This document shows, piece after piece, positions 8,769 through 17,518 of a DNA stretch of 64,000 bases. The DNA comes from an uncultured Chloroflexia bacterium (GTDB taxonomy: Bacteria; Chloroflexota; Limnocylindria; Limnocylindrales; CSP1-4). Location of the stretch: positions 38,188 through 102,187 of the forward strand of contig CAVZLW010000006.1 of NCBI GenBank assembly GCA_963776285.1, given 5' to 3'. Every line of letters begins with the position of its first letter. The stretch's first letter is position 1. The position numbers and the translations under genes are program-made. The notes below the pieces were generated by a model. The model saw only the letters and a program-made list of their open reading frames with translations. It did not search any database and was not told where the DNA came from.

Positions 8769-9386
8769 TCAGGGCCGCGGCCAGGCCCGCGAGAACGTCG
8801 TCGCCCGTTCGGGGCGCACCAGCACGTAGTCGAGATGCCACGGCTCGCGCTTCTGGGCCTCGTAGTACCGGTTGTACTGGCCGAGGAACGCATCGATGGC
8901 CATGTAGCGCACCGGCCACGGGTCGCGCGGCGACCCGAGCGGGCCCACCGCGTAGAAGCCGAGGATCTGGCGGGTCGCCGGCTTGCCGGGCACCTGGCTG
9001 ATGCGATAGCCGACGACGGACCACGCGTGGCCGCCGTGCCAGACGGTGATCCCCACCGGGTAGCCGGTCTGGTCGATCGCGTCGACGATGGCGCCCAGGG
9101 CAGCCGACCGGGTGGCATACGAGCGGTCCCGATACACCACCGGCAGCGTGTCGGGCAGGCGCCAGTTGAGCGCGCCGGCCCAGCCCCGGATGTCGTTTCC
9201 GGGGCCCTGGTAGCGGTAGCGGTTGAACCGGTACGTCACCGATGCGAGCAGCTTCTGGGTCGCGTAGCTCGTGTCGCGCGTGCCGAGGATCAGGTTCGCC
9301 ATCGTCTGGACGGACGCCGGGACGCACCAGGTGCTGGTGTACTGCAGGACGGCGGTCCCCGTCCGATACAGGTTGCGGCTGATCAC
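8769..9386 (-). CDS. peptidase C39-like (papain-fold cysteine peptidase) domain protein
   Basis: ORF 8769..9386. LQYTSTWCVPASVQTMANLIL resembles the C39 catalytic-Cys motif (Q…CGPASLAMVL). A later GGHAWSVVGY provides a candidate catalytic His. The GTG start overlaps the stop of the upstream PT-rich ORF (GTGA). Confidence 0.6.
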   Translation of the reverse strand: MISRNLYRTGTAVLQYTSTWCVPASVQTMANLILGTRDTSYATQKLLASVTYRFNRYRYQGPGNDIRGWAGALNWRLPDTLPVVYRDRSYATRSAALGAIVDAIDQTGYPVGITVWHGGHAWSVVGYRISQVPGKPATRQILGFYAVGPLGSPRDPWPVRYMAIDAFLGQYNRYYEAQKREPWHLDYVLVRPERATTFSRAWPRP

Positions 9387-9748
9387 GGCGGGCGTCGGCG
9401 ACGGGTGTCGGGACGGCGCGGGACCGGCGTCGGGACGGGCGTCGCCGTGGGGTCGGCAGCTGGCGTGGGCGTCGCGTCCGGCGCGGGCGCCGCGCTCGGG
9501 GCCGGGTCAGTCCAGGGTGACGGGGTCGGACCCGGCGTCGCCGCGGGCGTCGGGGTGGCGAGCGGCTGTGGCGCGGACGGGGCGGCGCGCGGCTGTGGCG
9601 CGGACGGGGCGGCGCCGCCGCTGGCGAGCACGCCGGCGGGGACGAGCAGGATCGCCACGAGCGCCGCGACGACGGCCCGTCGCGCGCGGCGGCTGAACCC
9701 ACGCGAAAGCCGCGCCTGCCGGCTCGCAGGCGGGAGCGGCGCGGCCAT
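9383..9748 (-). CDS. membrane-anchored Pro/Thr/Ala-rich linker protein (probable N-terminal part of the C39-like peptidase)
   Basis: The ATG at 9748 gives MAAPLPPASRQARLSRGFSRRARRAVVAALVAILLVPAGVLASGG, a signal anchor. This is followed by AAPSAPQPRAAPSAPQPLATPTPAATPGPTPSPWTDPAPSAAPAPDATPTPAADPTATPVPTPVP. The last 11 codons (RRPDTRRRRPP) look out of frame. Confidence 0.5.
   Translation of the reverse strand: MAAPLPPASRQARLSRGFSRRARRAVVAALVAILLVPAGVLASGGAAPSAPQPRAAPSAPQPLATPTPAATPGPTPSPWTDPAPSAAPAPDATPTPAADPTATPVPTPVPRRPDTRRRRPP
9562..9615. repeat. perfect 27-bp tandem repeat (2 copies) inside PT-linker coding region
   Basis: gcggctgtggcgcggacggggcggcgc occurs at 9562..9588 and again at 9589..9615. 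On the minus strand it encodes AAPSAPQPR twice. Confidence 0.9.
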
Positions 9749-9937
9749 GGCCGACCGTCCTCCGGTGGGCGGCGACGCGGGTCCGGCGACGGCCCTGGGC
9801 GGCACTCGCACTCGTACCCTCTCCACGCGGGCACGCCCCGGCGCCCGTGTCGAGGAGGATGGACCCATCGACCACCGATGGGAAGGGGTCGATCGTCCCG
9901 GTCGCGCGAGGCTCCCGGGCGTACCCCCGGGTGGGCG

Positions 9938-11125
9938 TCAGGCCTCGACAGCCTCCGGCAGCGCCAGGCCGCACGCGTCGGCGAGGAGGGCGGCCTTGTC
10001 GGTGCGCTCCCACGGCAGGTCGAGATCGGGGCGTCCGAAGTGCCCGTAGCTCGCGGTCTGGCGATAGATGGGGCGGAGCAGGTCGAGCGCCTCGATGATG
10101 CTCGCGGGGCGCAGGTCGAAATGGCCGTCGATCGCGGCGCGGATCCGGTCGTCCGGCACCCTCCCCGTCCCGAACGTCTCGATGGAGACGGAGAGAGGGT
10201 AGGCGATGCCGATCCCGTAGGCGACCTCGATCTCGAAGCGGTCGGCGAGACCGGCGGCCACGACGTTCTTGGCGACCCATCGCGCCGCATAGGCGGCGGA
10301 GCGATCCACCTTCGTCGGGTCCTTGCCCGAGAACGCGCCTCCCCCGTGGCGGGCCATCCCGCCGTACGTGTCGACGATGATCTTGCGCCCGGTGAGCCCG
10401 GCGTCGCCCATCGGCCCGCCGATGACGAAGCGTCCCGTCGGGTTGACGTGCATGACCGGATCGCTGGGACGCAGGGCGTGGGGGATCACCGGAAGGATCA
10501 CCGCCTCGACGAGGTCGTCGTGCAGGTGATCCGGCGCGTCGGCGTCGTGCTGGGCCGCGAGCACGACCGTCGTGACGCGGGCGGGACGGCCGTGCTCGTA
10601 CTCCACCGTGACCTGCGTCTTGCCATCGGGGCGCAGGTAGGGCAGCTGGCCCGACTTCCGCGCCTCGGCCAGCCGGCGCGCCATGCGGTGGGCCAGCGCG
10701 ATCGGCAGCGGCATCAGCTCCGGAGTCTCCCGGCAGGCGAAGCCGAACATCATCCCCTGGTCGCCGGCGCCCAGCTCGCGGGCGTCCACGCCGCGGGCGA
10801 TGTCGGGCGACTGCTCCTTGATGCTCACGAGGGCGCCGCAGGTCTGGTAGTCGAAGCCGTAGTCCGCGCGGGTGTAGCCGATCTCCTTGACGGTGTCCCG
10901 GACGACCGACTGGAAGTCCACGTAGACCGTCGTCGTGATCTCGCCGAGGACGGCGACGAGGCCGGTCGTCGTGGCGGTCTCGCAGGCGACCCGCGCGTCC
11001 GGGTCCTCGCGGATGATCGCGTCGAGGATGGCGTCCGAGATCTGGTCGCACATCTTGTCGGGGTGGCCCTCGGTCACCGACTCGGACGTGAACAGGTAGC
11101 TCGGGGCGTCGACGATGCTTGTCAT
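9938..11125 (-). CDS. metK: S-adenosylmethionine synthetase
   Basis: ORF 9938..11125 (395 aa) contains [29 protein letters not shown] and [28 protein letters not shown], which are hallmark MetK motifs. Confidence 0.97.
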   Translation of the reverse strand: MTSIVDAPSYLFTSESVTEGHPDKMCDQISDAILDAIIREDPDARVACETATTTGLVAVLGEITTTVYVDFQSVVRDTVKEIGYTRADYGFDYQTCGALVSIKEQSPDIARGVDARELGAGDQGMMFGFACRETPELMPLPIALAHRMARRLAEARKSGQLPYLRPDGKTQVTVEYEHGRPARVTTVVLAAQHDADAPDHLHDDLVEAVILPVIPHALRPSDPVMHVNPTGRFVIGGPMGDAGLTGRKIIVDTYGGMARHGGGAFSGKDPTKVDRSAAYAARWVAKNVVAAGLADRFEIEVAYGIGIAYPLSVSIETFGTGRVPDDRIRAAIDGHFDLRPASIIEALDLLRPIYRQTASYGHFGRPDLDLPWERTDKAALLADACGLALPEAVEA

Positions 11126-11236
11126 GGCGCCGGCGAGCGTAGCATGCGGGACGGAGTCGGTGCGCCCGGCGCCGGCCGGACGCGGGCACCCACGGTGGGC
11201 CCGACCGCGGCGTCGCGGCCGCGTCGCTGCCGCACG

Positions 11237-11929
11237 TCAGCGGCCGCAGACGCGCGGGCGGGCGCGCGGGCGCGCTTCCGCTGGGGAGGCCGCCACGGGC
11301 GGCCCGACCTGTGTCGCCTGGAGCATCACCTTCGCCCCGGTCCGGTACTGGTCCTCGGACGTCTGCAGGACGAGGGAGTTGGCGGGCAGAGCGTAGGCCC
11401 AGGCGAGCGACTTCTGGTGGCGCCGAACGCGCGTGATGCGGTAGGTGAAGAGCTGGTTCCGGGCGGTCCAGATCTTCACCGTCCTGCCGACGAGGGCCAG
11501 CCCCCGGTTCACCCGGGACGCCTCGAGGATCGGCAGGAACATCCCCTCCTGGGCGTGGGCGTACATGTAGGTCACGCCCCCGGCGCCGGGATGCTGGAAG
11601 GCCGGTGCCCCGAAGTACTCGGCCACGTCGCACAGCGGCCACGTCGAGTTCCTGGGCGGCGTGACGACGGGGAGGTCGATCCGCAGGACCGGGATCGCCA
11701 CGCGGGTCGGGCGGGCACCCGGGTCGACGGCCGCGGGCGACGGCGAGGGGGACGGGCTGGGGATGGGGCTCGACGAGTCGACCGGCGTGGCGCCCGGGAC
11801 CGGCGTCATGGACGGAGGCGGCGTCGCCACGGCCGGCGACGGGGACGGCGTGGCCGGCGGACTGATGGCACAGCCCGCGGCGACGAGGGCTGCGAGCGAC
11901 GCGGCGGCGAGGCCCCGGGCCCGCGTCAC
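11237..11929 (-). CDS. lipoprotein with PT/S-rich linker and sortase-like (class F-like) C-terminal domain; catalytic Cys apparently replaced by Ser
   Basis: MTRARGLAAASLAALVAAGC is a lipobox. The linker is SPPATPSPSPAVATPPPSMTPVPGATPVDSSSPIPSPSPSPSP. The domain begins VAIPVLRIDLPVV (sortase L.IP.IG.D.PVV), continues PGAGGVTYMYAHAQ (His motif) and NQLFTYRITRV, and ends LVLQTSEDQY where sortases have L.LxTC. Confidence 0.6.
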   Translation of the reverse strand: MTRARGLAAASLAALVAAGCAISPPATPSPSPAVATPPPSMTPVPGATPVDSSSPIPSPSPSPSPAAVDPGARPTRVAIPVLRIDLPVVTPPRNSTWPLCDVAEYFGAPAFQHPGAGGVTYMYAHAQEGMFLPILEASRVNRGLALVGRTVKIWTARNQLFTYRITRVRRHQKSLAWAYALPANSLVLQTSEDQYRTGAKVMLQATQVGPPVAASPAEARPRARPRVCGR

Positions 11930-13893
11930 CCAGGCCCGCCGCGCCAGGGCAGCTCCGGCAGCACGTCGTCCGGCACGAAGCCGAAGACGGCCCCGTAGAA
12001 AGCGAGCTCGGCCTGCTCGGAGCGGACGATGCTCGCGGCCTGGCGAAACCCGTGGTCCTCCCCCTCGAATGCCAGGTAGACGTGGGGGATCCCCCTGGCC
12101 GCCAGGGCCGCGACGATCCGCTCGGCCTCAGCCGGAGGCACGATGCGGTCGTCGAGCCCCTGCAGGACGAGCACGGGACAGGCGAACCCCTCCGCGTGGA
12201 AGATCGGCGATCGCGCCCGGTAGCGCTCCGCCTCCGCGGGATACGGCCCGATGAGCCGGTCGAGATAGCGCGATTCGAACTTGTGCGTCTCGGCCACGAA
12301 CGTCTCGAGATTGCCGATGCCGAAGTAGCTGACGCCGGCCCGGAAGACGTCGCGGAACGCGAGGGCCGCCAGCGTGGTATAGCCGGATGCGCTGCCTCCC
12401 TCGATCGCCAGCCGGTCCCCGTCCGCCTCCCCCCGGCGCGCCATCTCCAGGGCCCCTGCGACGCAGTCGTCGACGTCGGTGATGCCCCAGGTCCCCTCGA
12501 GGCGCTTCCGGTAGGCCTTGCCATAGCCGGTGCTGCCGCCGTAGTCGACGTCGAGGACGGCGATCCCGCGGCTCGCCAGCAGCTGGTACGAGAGCGTCAG
12601 GCCGGTGTACGCCGCCGAGGTGGGGCCGCCGTGGCTCGTGACCACGAGGGGCGGCAGCTCCCCGTCGGGGGCCCGGAAGCCTGGGTTCGTGGGGCGGTAC
12701 AGGATCCCGTGGGCCGTCCGGCTGCCCGTCGTCGGGAACTCGACGGGCTCGCCGACGGAGACGGCGCCGGGCTCCAGGTCCATGTCGGACGTGGTGCGAA
12801 CCACCACCCACGTGCCGGTCGCAAGGTCGATCCGGACGAGGGCCCGGAACATCGTCGGCGCCGCCACGATCGCGGCAACCTCGGACCCGCGGACGGCCAC
12901 GTCGGTGATGGACGTGAACGGCAGGTCGAGGGCGGCGGGCTCCCGCTCCCCGGCCGGGTCGATTCGCCAGAGCCGGTCCCGCCCGGCGGCGCGCCCGACC
13001 GCGACGATCGTCCCGTCGCCGGCGAGGCCGTGCGTCGAGAGGCCGAAGACCCAGTCGGGCCCTGCGAGCTCCGCGTCGATACCCGCGGTCAGCGGCGCGA
13101 GCCCCGTGCCGTCCCAGCGGTGGAGGCCGATCCACTCTCCGGGCTCCGACGCGAGGACGAGCGACCCGTCGGGCGCCCAGCGCGGCTGCGTGGTCCACGT
13201 TGCGGCGTCCCCGGCGATCACCCGCGGCCGGCCGGGCAGCCCGTCCGCGCCGAGCTCGGCGACGACGCACTCGGTGCCGTCCCAGGGAAGGTTCGGGTGA
13301 TCCCAGCGCAGCCACGCGAGCCGCGTCCCGTCGGGCGAGAGCCGCGGCGACGAGACGAAGTCGCTCCCGTCCGCCAGCACCGTCACCGCCCCGGCGTCGC
13401 CCGCCGCGGAGCCGTCGAGCGGGATCGCGACGAGCGTGTTGGCGGCCTCCCCGGTGCCCGTGTGGTCCTCGCGGACCGCCAGGAGGCGGCCCCGCCGTCG
13501 GTCCAGCTCCAGGTCGGCGAAGCGGAACGGCCCCTCGGGCGTGATCGGCGTCGCCGCCCGGTCCTGCGCCACGCGCAGAAGGCGCCCCGTCGCGAAGTCC
13601 GCGACGACGAGCACGTCGCCGGCCGCGAGGTACGCGCCCCCGCCATACTCGTGGACGCGCGTCCTCACGTTGACGCCGGGCGGGCTCACGTCCTGCGGGG
13701 CGCCGCCGGGCCGGAGCCGGACGAGCGTCGCGCGGCCGCCTTCGTCCGGCCTGCCCTCGAGCCAGAACAGGTCGTCGCCGTCCCAGCGCACCTCGGCGAG
13801 CCGGACGAACCCGGCGACCAGCGCCTCCGGCGTGATCGTCGACCGCCAGCTCCCGTACGGCGCGACCGTGCGGCCCATCAGATCGTTCATCAT
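11926..13893 (-). CDS. S9 family serine peptidase (prolyl oligopeptidase/dipeptidyl-aminopeptidase-like; beta-propeller plus alpha/beta hydrolase)
   Basis: ORF 11926..13893 (655 aa). The N-terminal half has propeller-like repeats. The C-terminal half has the nucleophile elbow GGSASGY and a DxxHGF His motif (EGEDHGF). There is a 4-nt overlap with the downstream lipoprotein gene. Confidence 0.85.
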   Translation of the reverse strand: MMNDLMGRTVAPYGSWRSTITPEALVAGFVRLAEVRWDGDDLFWLEGRPDEGGRATLVRLRPGGAPQDVSPPGVNVRTRVHEYGGGAYLAAGDVLVVADFATGRLLRVAQDRAATPITPEGPFRFADLELDRRRGRLLAVREDHTGTGEAANTLVAIPLDGSAAGDAGAVTVLADGSDFVSSPRLSPDGTRLAWLRWDHPNLPWDGTECVVAELGADGLPGRPRVIAGDAATWTTQPRWAPDGSLVLASEPGEWIGLHRWDGTGLAPLTAGIDAELAGPDWVFGLSTHGLAGDGTIVAVGRAAGRDRLWRIDPAGEREPAALDLPFTSITDVAVRGSEVAAIVAAPTMFRALVRIDLATGTWVVVRTTSDMDLEPGAVSVGEPVEFPTTGSRTAHGILYRPTNPGFRAPDGELPPLVVTSHGGPTSAAYTGLTLSYQLLASRGIAVLDVDYGGSTGYGKAYRKRLEGTWGITDVDDCVAGALEMARRGEADGDRLAIEGGSASGYTTLAALAFRDVFRAGVSYFGIGNLETFVAETHKFESRYLDRLIGPYPAEAERYRARSPIFHAEGFACPVLVLQGLDDRIVPPAEAERIVAALAARGIPHVYLAFEGEDHGFRQAASIVRSEQAELAFYGAVFGFVPDDVLPELPWRGGPG

Positions 13894-13930
13894 GGATTCC
13901 GTTCGCGTCCGCTTACGTACTGTCCCGCGC

Positions 13931-15208
13931 CTACGTCCCCGTGTGCCAGCTGGCCATGTAGGCCTTCTGCTCGTCGGTCATGTCGTCGATCTGGACGCCG
14001 AGCGCCTCGAGCTTCAGCCGGGCGACCTCCGCGTCGATCTCCTGCGGGACGACGTAGACCGTCGGCTCGAGCTCGCGTCCGTGCTTCACCACGTACTCTG
14101 CGCAGAGCGCCTGGTTGGCGAAGCTCATGTCCATGACCGCGGCCGGGTGCCCCTCGGCCGCGCCCAGGTTGACGAGCCGCCCCTCCGCGATCAGGTGGAG
14201 CTTCTTGGGGCCGAGGTCGAACTCCTGGACGTTCTCGCGGACCTCGCGCACGTGGCCCTCGGCGAGGGCCCGCAGCGCGACGAGGTCGAGCTCGGCGTCG
14301 AAGTGGCCGCTGTTGGCCATGATCGCCCCGTCCGGCATCGCCACGAAGTGCTCGCGCCGAAAGACGTTCACGTTGCCGGTGGCGGTGACGAAGACCTCGC
14401 CCCACGGCGCGGCCTGGTCGACCGTCTTCACCTCGAAGCCGTCCATCAGCGCCTCCAGCGCTCGGACCGGGTTGACCTCGACGATCGCCACGTTCGCCCC
14501 GTGGCCCTTCATGCGGGCCGCGATCCCCTTCCCCACCCAGCCGTAGCCGGCGACGACCACGCGCCGGCCGGCGATGAGGATGTTCGTCGCCCGAAGGATC
14601 CCGTCGAGCGTGCTCTGGCCGGTCCCGTAGCGGTTGTCGAAGAGGTGCTTCGTCTCGGCCTCGTTGACCGCCACGACCGGGAACCGAAGGGCGGAGTCCT
14701 TCGCCATGGCCCGGAGCCGGATGACGCCGGTCGTCGTCTCCTCCGTGCCGGCCAGGACGCCCGGCAGGAGCTCCGTGCGCGAATCGTGCAGCAGGCTCAC
14801 GAGGTCGCAGCCGTCGTCCATCGTGATCTGCGGCTTCGTGTCGGCGATCGCGTTGAGGTGCGCGTAGTACGTTTCCCGGTCCTCGCCGCGACGGGCGAAG
14901 ACGCCGATCCCGTAGCGAGCCGTGAGCGCCGCCGCGACGTCGTCCTTGGTCGAGAGCGGGTTGCTGGCCGCGAGGGCCACCTCCGCGCCGCCCGCCGCGA
15001 GCGTGCGCACCAGGTTCGCCGTCTCCGTCGTGACGTGCAGGCAGGCCGCGATCCGGATGCCGGCCAGCGGCCGCTCCCGCCCGAAGCGCTCGCGGATCAG
15101 GCGCAGGACGGGCATCTCGCGCTCGGCCCACTCGATGCGGCGGACGCCCTCCTCGGCCAGGCCGAGGTCGGTGACGTCGTGGGGCGGCAGGGCGGTCGGA
15201 GTCGTCAT
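13931..15208 (-). CDS. ahcY: adenosylhomocysteinase (S-adenosyl-L-homocysteine hydrolase)
   Basis: In ORF 13931..15763 the first ~185 codons are Pro/Ser/Arg-rich junk. Start taken at the internal ATG 15208 ([21 protein letters not shown]...); the junk-to-coding transition is not pinned and 425 aa is at the short end for AhcY. Typical AhcY blocks include [16 protein letters not shown] and the NAD-binding motif [14 protein letters not shown]. Confidence 0.95.
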   Translation of the reverse strand: MTTPTALPPHDVTDLGLAEEGVRRIEWAEREMPVLRLIRERFGRERPLAGIRIAACLHVTTETANLVRTLAAGGAEVALAASNPLSTKDDVAAALTARYGIGVFARRGEDRETYYAHLNAIADTKPQITMDDGCDLVSLLHDSRTELLPGVLAGTEETTTGVIRLRAMAKDSALRFPVVAVNEAETKHLFDNRYGTGQSTLDGILRATNILIAGRRVVVAGYGWVGKGIAARMKGHGANVAIVEVNPVRALEALMDGFEVKTVDQAAPWGEVFVTATGNVNVFRREHFVAMPDGAIMANSGHFDAELDLVALRALAEGHVREVRENVQEFDLGPKKLHLIAEGRLVNLGAAEGHPAAVMDMSFANQALCAEYVVKHGRELEPTVYVVPQEIDAEVARLKLEALGVQIDDMTDEQKAYMASWHTGT

Positions 15209-15437
15209 GGGGGTGGAGTCTCCGGGGAGGGTCGAGGGGGCGGTTCGATCACGCGGCGGGTCGATTATGCCCGAGGGCCGATCCGGCCACCTGTGGCTCC
15301 CGCGAGCCGCCGGCGCGCCGCGATGCGGGCACGTGTCAGAGGGCACTTCCCACGGGGATCGGGCGGAGTAGCGTGGGCATGCAAAGCCGGGCAGGAGCGG
15401 GGGCGAGGGCAGCGGGACGACACGGGGAGCATGCACC

Positions 15438-16595
15438 GTGGACTTCGACCTGTTCCTCCGAGGGGCTGCCGTGAGCCGGCGCAGCGTCCTGGGCGCGGTA
15501 GGGCTGGCGGGAGCCGCGATGGCCGTGGGCGCATGTGGCAGCGCCGGGCCGCCGGCCCGGTCGCCCGGCGAGGGCGGCACCCCGGCGGCCTTCGGCGACA
15601 CCGAGGGCTCCCTCTCGATGCTGAACTGGCCCGACGACGTGAACCCGGACAACGTCGACCAGTTCAAGCGTCGCTTCGGCATCTCCGCCTTCCGCGACGA
15701 CATCATTGCGAGCAGCGACGCGCTGCTCGAGGCGCTCGGGGGCGGACCTCCCGGCCGCGACATCGCCGCGCCGGCCGGGGTGCTCGTCCCGCGCCTGGTG
15801 GAGATGGGGCTGATCCAGAAGCTCGACCGGTCGCGGATCCCGAATGCGACGAACGTCGACGCGTCCTTCCGCCGTCCCGCCTGGGACCCCGCCGACGAGT
15901 ACCAGGTACCGAAGGACTACGGCACGACCGGGATCCTGTACCGGAGCAGTCTCGTCCCGGAGCCGCTGGAGTCGTGGAGAGAGTTCCGGGCCCTGGTCAC
16001 GAACGGCCGCTACAGCGGGAGGACCGTCTTCGTCGACTCCAGCGACGACGTCCTGGCCTTCCCGCTGAAGCTGCTCGGGTCGTCGGTCAGCACGGTCGCG
16101 AAGCGCGAGCTCGAAGCGGCCCGCACGATCCTGCTCGAGGTGGCTCCCCACCTCCAGGCCCTGGACTCGACGGGATACGGAGAGCGCCTGCGGTCCGGAC
16201 AGGCCGTGCTCGCGCTCGGCTGGGCCGCCCCGCTGGCGGGCCTTCGCACGGACCCCGAGGCCGTCGACACGCGGTACGTCGTGCCGAGCGAGGGGACGCT
16301 CCTGTGGCTCGACACCTGGGTCCTGCTCGCCGGCGCCGCCCACCCGAAGGCGGGCCACGCGTGGCTCAACTTCATCCACGAGCCCGAGGTCCAGGCCAAC
16401 GAGACGAACTACACGCGCCACGCGACCCCGGACCGGGCCGCCCGGGCGCTCGTCGATCCCGCGCTCCTCGCCGACCCGGCCGTCTTCCCGCCGGACAGGC
16501 TGATGGCCAGGCTGGAGGTCGCGGGGGACACCTCGGGCAGCCGGCAGCGGGCCGACATCTGGGCGGAGTTCCGGTCGAAGGTCGGCCGAGGCTGA
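15438..16595 (+). CDS. spermidine/putrescine-type ABC substrate-binding (lipo)protein, Tat signal; no adjacent permease or ATPase
   Basis: GTG at 15438. The signal is [23 protein letters not shown] (twin-arginine motif plus lipobox-like VGAC). The fold is PotD/PotF family (…[16 protein letters not shown]…[31 protein letters not shown]…). An SD sequence (ggggag) precedes the start. Confidence 0.8.
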   Translation: MDFDLFLRGAAVSRRSVLGAVGLAGAAMAVGACGSAGPPARSPGEGGTPAAFGDTEGSLSMLNWPDDVNPDNVDQFKRRFGISAFRDDIIASSDALLEALGGGPPGRDIAAPAGVLVPRLVEMGLIQKLDRSRIPNATNVDASFRRPAWDPADEYQVPKDYGTTGILYRSSLVPEPLESWREFRALVTNGRYSGRTVFVDSSDDVLAFPLKLLGSSVSTVAKRELEAARTILLEVAPHLQALDSTGYGERLRSGQAVLALGWAAPLAGLRTDPEAVDTRYVVPSEGTLLWLDTWVLLAGAAHPKAGHAWLNFIHEPEVQANETNYTRHATPDRAARALVDPALLADPAVFPPDRLMARLEVAGDTSGSRQRADIWAEFRSKVGRG

Positions 16596-16620
16596 CCCAC
16601 GGATCGCGCCCGCCGGCCCC

Positions 16621-17475
16621 CTAGCCCAGGGGCCCGTGGCCGCCGTCGACGCGGCCAAGCAGCCGGCGGACCGGTGCGGCGAGGGCCTGGAGAAGACCCC
16701 CGCCGCCATCCGCGTCGCGGTGGACCAGCCGCTCCTCGAAGCGGACGTGCTCGCGATAGCCGAGCTTGCGGTACGCCTGGAGCGCGGGCGGATTGTCGGC
16801 CCGCACGTTGAGCACCACCTGGTCGCAGAAGCGGAGGAGCTCCGCCGTGACCGCGCCGGTGACGGCGGTGGCGTAGCCCCGGCCCCGGTAGTCGGCGTGG
16901 GTCATGACGTTGCCGACGACGCCCAGGCGCGCCTCGGGCGAGACGACGTGCGTCCCGGCTGCGGACACCAGGCGGCCGCCGACGCGGATCCCGTAGTAGA
17001 CCCCTTCGGTGATCGCGGACGGCGGGAGCCACGCGGTGAAACCCAGCTGGTAGAGCCGGTTGAGGTCGCTCACCTCGACGGGGAGGAGGCGGGCCACGTC
17101 CGCGGGACAGGGGCGGAACGACGCGCGGTCCACCCACATCCGGACCATCTGGGGGCCCGGCTCGACGCGGTAGTGGGCCTCCAGCGCGGCCAGGCTTGCA
17201 GGCAGCACCGCCGCGTATGCCGCCCGGGGCCGAATCACGTCGCGCAGGATCGCGGAGATCCCTGCGTTGTCGCCCATCACGAAGATGGGCTGGGGAGCGT
17301 AGCCGGCGTATTCCAGGACGACGGCCGTGGGCTCGTCGGCGGCAAGCGCGACGCCCCACCGCGTGCGCGCGAACTCGCGGACGTCGAGGTCGCAGATGGC
17401 GTATGCCGCGAAGAGCCGGTCGCGCTCGAGGAAGCCGCGCAGGAGGCCGCGATCAGTCGTCGTCCGCACCGTCAC
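16621..17475 (-). CDS. GNAT family N-acetyltransferase
   Basis: In ORF 16621..17862 the N-terminal 130 codons are Arg/Pro junk that overlaps mtnA. Start set at GTG 17475; this is one of three adjacent candidate GTG starts (17469/17475/17487) and is unvalidated. The acetyl-CoA motif is VVGNVMTHADYRGRGYATAV. The protein ends at 16621, convergent with the PotD-like gene. Confidence 0.7.
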   Translation of the reverse strand: MTVRTTTDRGLLRGFLERDRLFAAYAICDLDVREFARTRWGVALAADEPTAVVLEYAGYAPQPIFVMGDNAGISAILRDVIRPRAAYAAVLPASLAALEAHYRVEPGPQMVRMWVDRASFRPCPADVARLLPVEVSDLNRLYQLGFTAWLPPSAITEGVYYGIRVGGRLVSAAGTHVVSPEARLGVVGNVMTHADYRGRGYATAVTGAVTAELLRFCDQVVLNVRADNPPALQAYRKLGYREHVRFEERLVHRDADGGGGLLQALAAPVRRLLGRVDGGHGPLG

Positions 17476-17518
17476 GCCGCGGGTGACGAGGGAGGAGGAG
17501 GCGGCGGAGGTGGCCACG

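Noticed and set aside
11126-11236. SAM riboswitch upstream of metK
   Set aside because: The leader is only 110 nt. No SAM-I, SAM-II or SAM-IV signature was recognisable. Only GC-rich palindromes (gcggccgc) are present, which are more likely a terminator of the upstream operon.
9507-12524. 1005-aa + strand ORF, plus similar giant ORFs (13436..16624 +, 12052..14136 +, 36535..38913 +, 42442..45123 +, 45369..48896 +, 3352..5379 -, 5867..7540 -, 8268..10049 +, 8686..10290 -, 19638..21332 +)
   Set aside because: These are extremely Arg/Gly/Asp/Pro-rich, repetitive and low-complexity translations lying antisense to, or out of frame with, well-supported genes (metK, ahcY, mfd, pgpH and others). They are a typical artefact of open frames in GC-rich DNA.
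15209-15437. SAH riboswitch upstream of ahcY
   Set aside because: I read the minus-strand leader. No AACGGCGCUC or CGAGGAGCGC core motifs are present. Only a weak CATAAT -10-like hexamer was seen.
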